From NCBI GenBank assembly GCA_051294905.1, contig CM119371.1:10542001-10606000 (forward strand): DNA of 64,000 nucleotides. The letters run 5' to 3'. Below, piece after piece: positions 61,218-64,000 of the stretch. The notes under the pieces are model-generated. The model worked only from the letters and a program-made list of their open reading frames with translations. It had not been told where the DNA came from and made no database searches. A program made the translations under genes and the position numbers. The stretch comes from Botryllus schlosseri. Lineage: Eukaryota. Numbering within the stretch: the stretch's first letter is position 1; the number at the start of each line of letters is the position of its first letter.

Positions 61218-62729
61218 CAATGTTCCCTCTAAGCTGCGCACGTGCGCAAATGCGCAGTGCTGAAACGGTCTCTGCGCACAGAAAATCTACGCTGCGCACA
61301 AAAAATCAGAAAAGATGTTTTTTTTTTTATAGTTGTTGCGCCCTGTTGGCCAATGGACCACGCAGGTGCGCAGATTCGTGAAAATTAGAATGTAACATTG
61401 CCAAGGCCAAATAGTGTTATCGCTGAAGTCTGAAACCGAGGTACAAGTGCGTCCCGCAAAGGTAAATATTGCGCTCCGTGCAGAAATTATAGTGCACAAT
61501 CACCTGCGCCTCACCGAAGTTATTTCTTTATTATGGCCTCGTACACGTGAGCGATACTGATATCATTTCAATAGCGCATTATTTTCTGGGAATGGCGAAA
61601 TAACATGGTTTAACAAAGTTATAAATAACAATGGGCTAGCTCGAAGTTAATCTGCGAGAAACTAACGAATGATAGTCTTCCTCGCGTGGCATGAACATTG
61701 CGTAAGATTTACTCAGTACCGTAACTTTCGCACCCCAAACCCCCCAATTGGAGGGGCCGAGCTCGAAGGGGTCCAAAATTATTTCGAGAATTAACATAAA
61801 TCATGGTGTATTTTTTGAAATTTTTCAAGAATTTTTTTTTCGCGCTACGCGCGTTTCATTATTGTAAGATACCTCATTATTGGGTATACCCTTTCCCAAT
61901 CAAAAATTAGGCATGATTTATAGAAATGGGCAGTTGGGCATCGGCCATTACCGCACCATGACGCGCCAAGACATATGAAGCTAAAGGCTATGTAACATGC
62001 GAATCCAAGAAGTGTGCCAGAACGATCAGCAGCGAGAAAACCTTGGGCGAAAAAGACTGCCCCGGTGCTGACCGAAAACTTCGATATATACAAATATATG
62101 TGTAATTGTCCATGTCCATGGGTGCCGAAATGGCTGGCGTCGAATGTTCCTGTCCTGGCGATCCGAGTCCCGCAACAAGACAAATGCCATATCGAGGGAA
62201 CATTATTTTCCAGTTAAGAAATAGCAATTTGAAATCGTGTACGTCTTTTACTTCAGTACGCTTTGGCGATTTCAATATCTTTTGACATAGCAGATAGGTG
62301 GTCATGAAATAGCATCATGTAACGAAGTCATTATATCAACGGGTACGCCTGAAGATATTTCATTATCATTTAGAGGGCCTATCTATTCCAACACACCTCA
62401 CTGGATCAGCTATACCGGTAAATCTGAATATGTGAGCAGGGAGAGGATAAAAATTGATAGCGATATATATGCAATTCCCGATCATATTGGCCGATGCAAT
62501 CATGAATTAGAGAAATTTTTTCGCGCATGGCGCGTTCGACGCTGCTACTAAATGGGCACCCAATGTACATGATAAGTACCGGAAGAAGCCAAGAGCCGTA
62601 GGGGGGTCTGGGGGGCGAAGTAGTTGGTTTTATCACCCTATTGGAGGGTGGTTGCGCACTGTTGTCCGAGGGCCTGCGCAGTGAGTTGGCGTGTTTGCGC
62701 AGACTCTTGAAAAATTAGAGGGAACATTG
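61218..62729. mobile_element. hAT-type element (CAATGTTCCCTCTAA TIR) with a nested 36557-family segment (about 61715-62630)
   Basis: 15-bp TIR CAATGTTCCCTCTAA...TTAGAGGGAACATTG; TSD ATCACAGT/TTCACAGT; TGCGCA subterminal motifs. Confidence 0.85.
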
Positions 62730-64000
62730 TTCACAGTTATAAACTGATAAAACCATGGTTCTAACGATGATATAAGTTGGTATATTTCTATGCTCCCTCC
62801 CTTTGTTTTAATGTCAGGATATATTGGCATCAACCCTGCGTAGTGCGTATGCGTTGTGACTTGTGAGGAATGCAAAAGATTTTAACTGTTACGTTGGAAT
62901 AGCGTATGCTTCATATTATTAAATCGCGATTAGGGTTGCTCTCGAGGCGGATGACCTCATTTCCACGTAACCTGCATACAAGGGCTTCGCATTGGCGTTT
63001 TCGCTTCTGTGAATAACTATAGTTTTTGGTCTGTAAAATGAATTCGCACTTTCTTGCCTTCTCGGAATTGGGTGTCAATGTTAGCGACCTGCTCCTAATG
63101 GTGACTAGAAACCACAACAGCGAAGTCGGGGGGTTTGTGGTGGCCCATGAACATCCTCGACATGTGCTGTCTTGAGGGACTATTTAATCAAAGTATTTCT
63201 TGCTAAAAATCTCAACATTTGGTAGAAATGTGCGGGATAATCCATGCATTTTTCAATCAACGCAGAATTGCTTCGTGGGCCGGATGAAATCATCAGGCCG
63301 GCCGTATGTTTGACACCCTTGTCCTAGCGACTCTGCACAGTTCATAGTGTGTACCAGTAATCTATTATAATGTATAGGCGCGTATTCAGATGTGTATAGT
63401 GGTCGACTTGAGGTTCCACGGCGAAGGCTTGCTGATTAGCTCTTAAGTGTTCCCCGAGTTAGTAGGCTAAAGGTTAGGAAGCTCTACTCTAGATTCAATT
63501 GAAAAGTTTAAAGTGACTAAATTTACGATAAGAATATATTGATGTGGTTAATTCTCGCTACCAGAGGCCAGTCAAGAACGATCAACCCGCAAACTACAGA
63601 AACAGCGGATATTGAATCGAGGCATGCAACTCTCAAACGAAAGCAAATACAGTGATGTCATATAATGCTGGTTGTTCACCAAAAGAGAGGTCGGCTACTC
63701 GGTGGCCGCAATCTGGTTCAGGACTGCAGTAGGAGCAGGATTTCATCGAATTTTAATGAAGCCGAACTGGATCCGGATTTTGAATTTGCTTTGAATGTTG
63801 CATTATATAGCAGGATTTTCCGCTATAATATGACAAATTTACTTATGGTTTTAGCAGGAATATTTCCGACACTGAATTGGTAAATTGACTGCCGGATCCT
63901 TTCGGACTCTGAATTGCAAAATGGGAATTTCCGCATATCAGGGGTCACCAGCCTCTTTCAAACAAAGAACTCATCTTGGGGATTGATTAATGCGACGGGG

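Noticed and set aside
62900..64000. Possible coding segments near the right edge
   Set aside because: Short ORFs with no recognisable motif or consistent exon structure, interleaved with repeat fragments (63170-63320 resembles 55310-55485).

Overview
Eukaryotic, AT-rich, transposon-saturated animal DNA. The repeat types suggest a marine invertebrate, plausibly a tunicate, but this is inference only. No prokaryotic systems (CRISPR, operons) are visible. Host genes: two intact intronless class I SAM-dependent methyltransferase paralogues (15611-16468 and 34121-34978), two tandem pseudogenised FLVCR/SLC49-like MFS transporter 5' fragments (about 7.7-8.2 kb and 10.3-10.6 kb, minus strand), and a spliced gene of at least 5 exons (50003-55758) that the ORF track shows only as fragments. 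That gene encodes a rhamnose-binding (SUEL/Gal_lectin) domain, a Thr-rich stalk, one TM helix and a tyrosine-motif-rich tail with ITSM/ITIM-like motifs, i.e. a candidate lectin-type signalling or immune receptor. The left edge holds the uninterrupted 5' half of a BEL/Pao LTR retrotransposon. Most of the rest is a nested mosaic of non-autonomous hAT elements with 8-bp TSDs, two long foldback palindromes, a decayed hATm-like transposase, a decayed EnSpm/CACTA element, tRNA-derived SINEs and a LINE 3' remnant.
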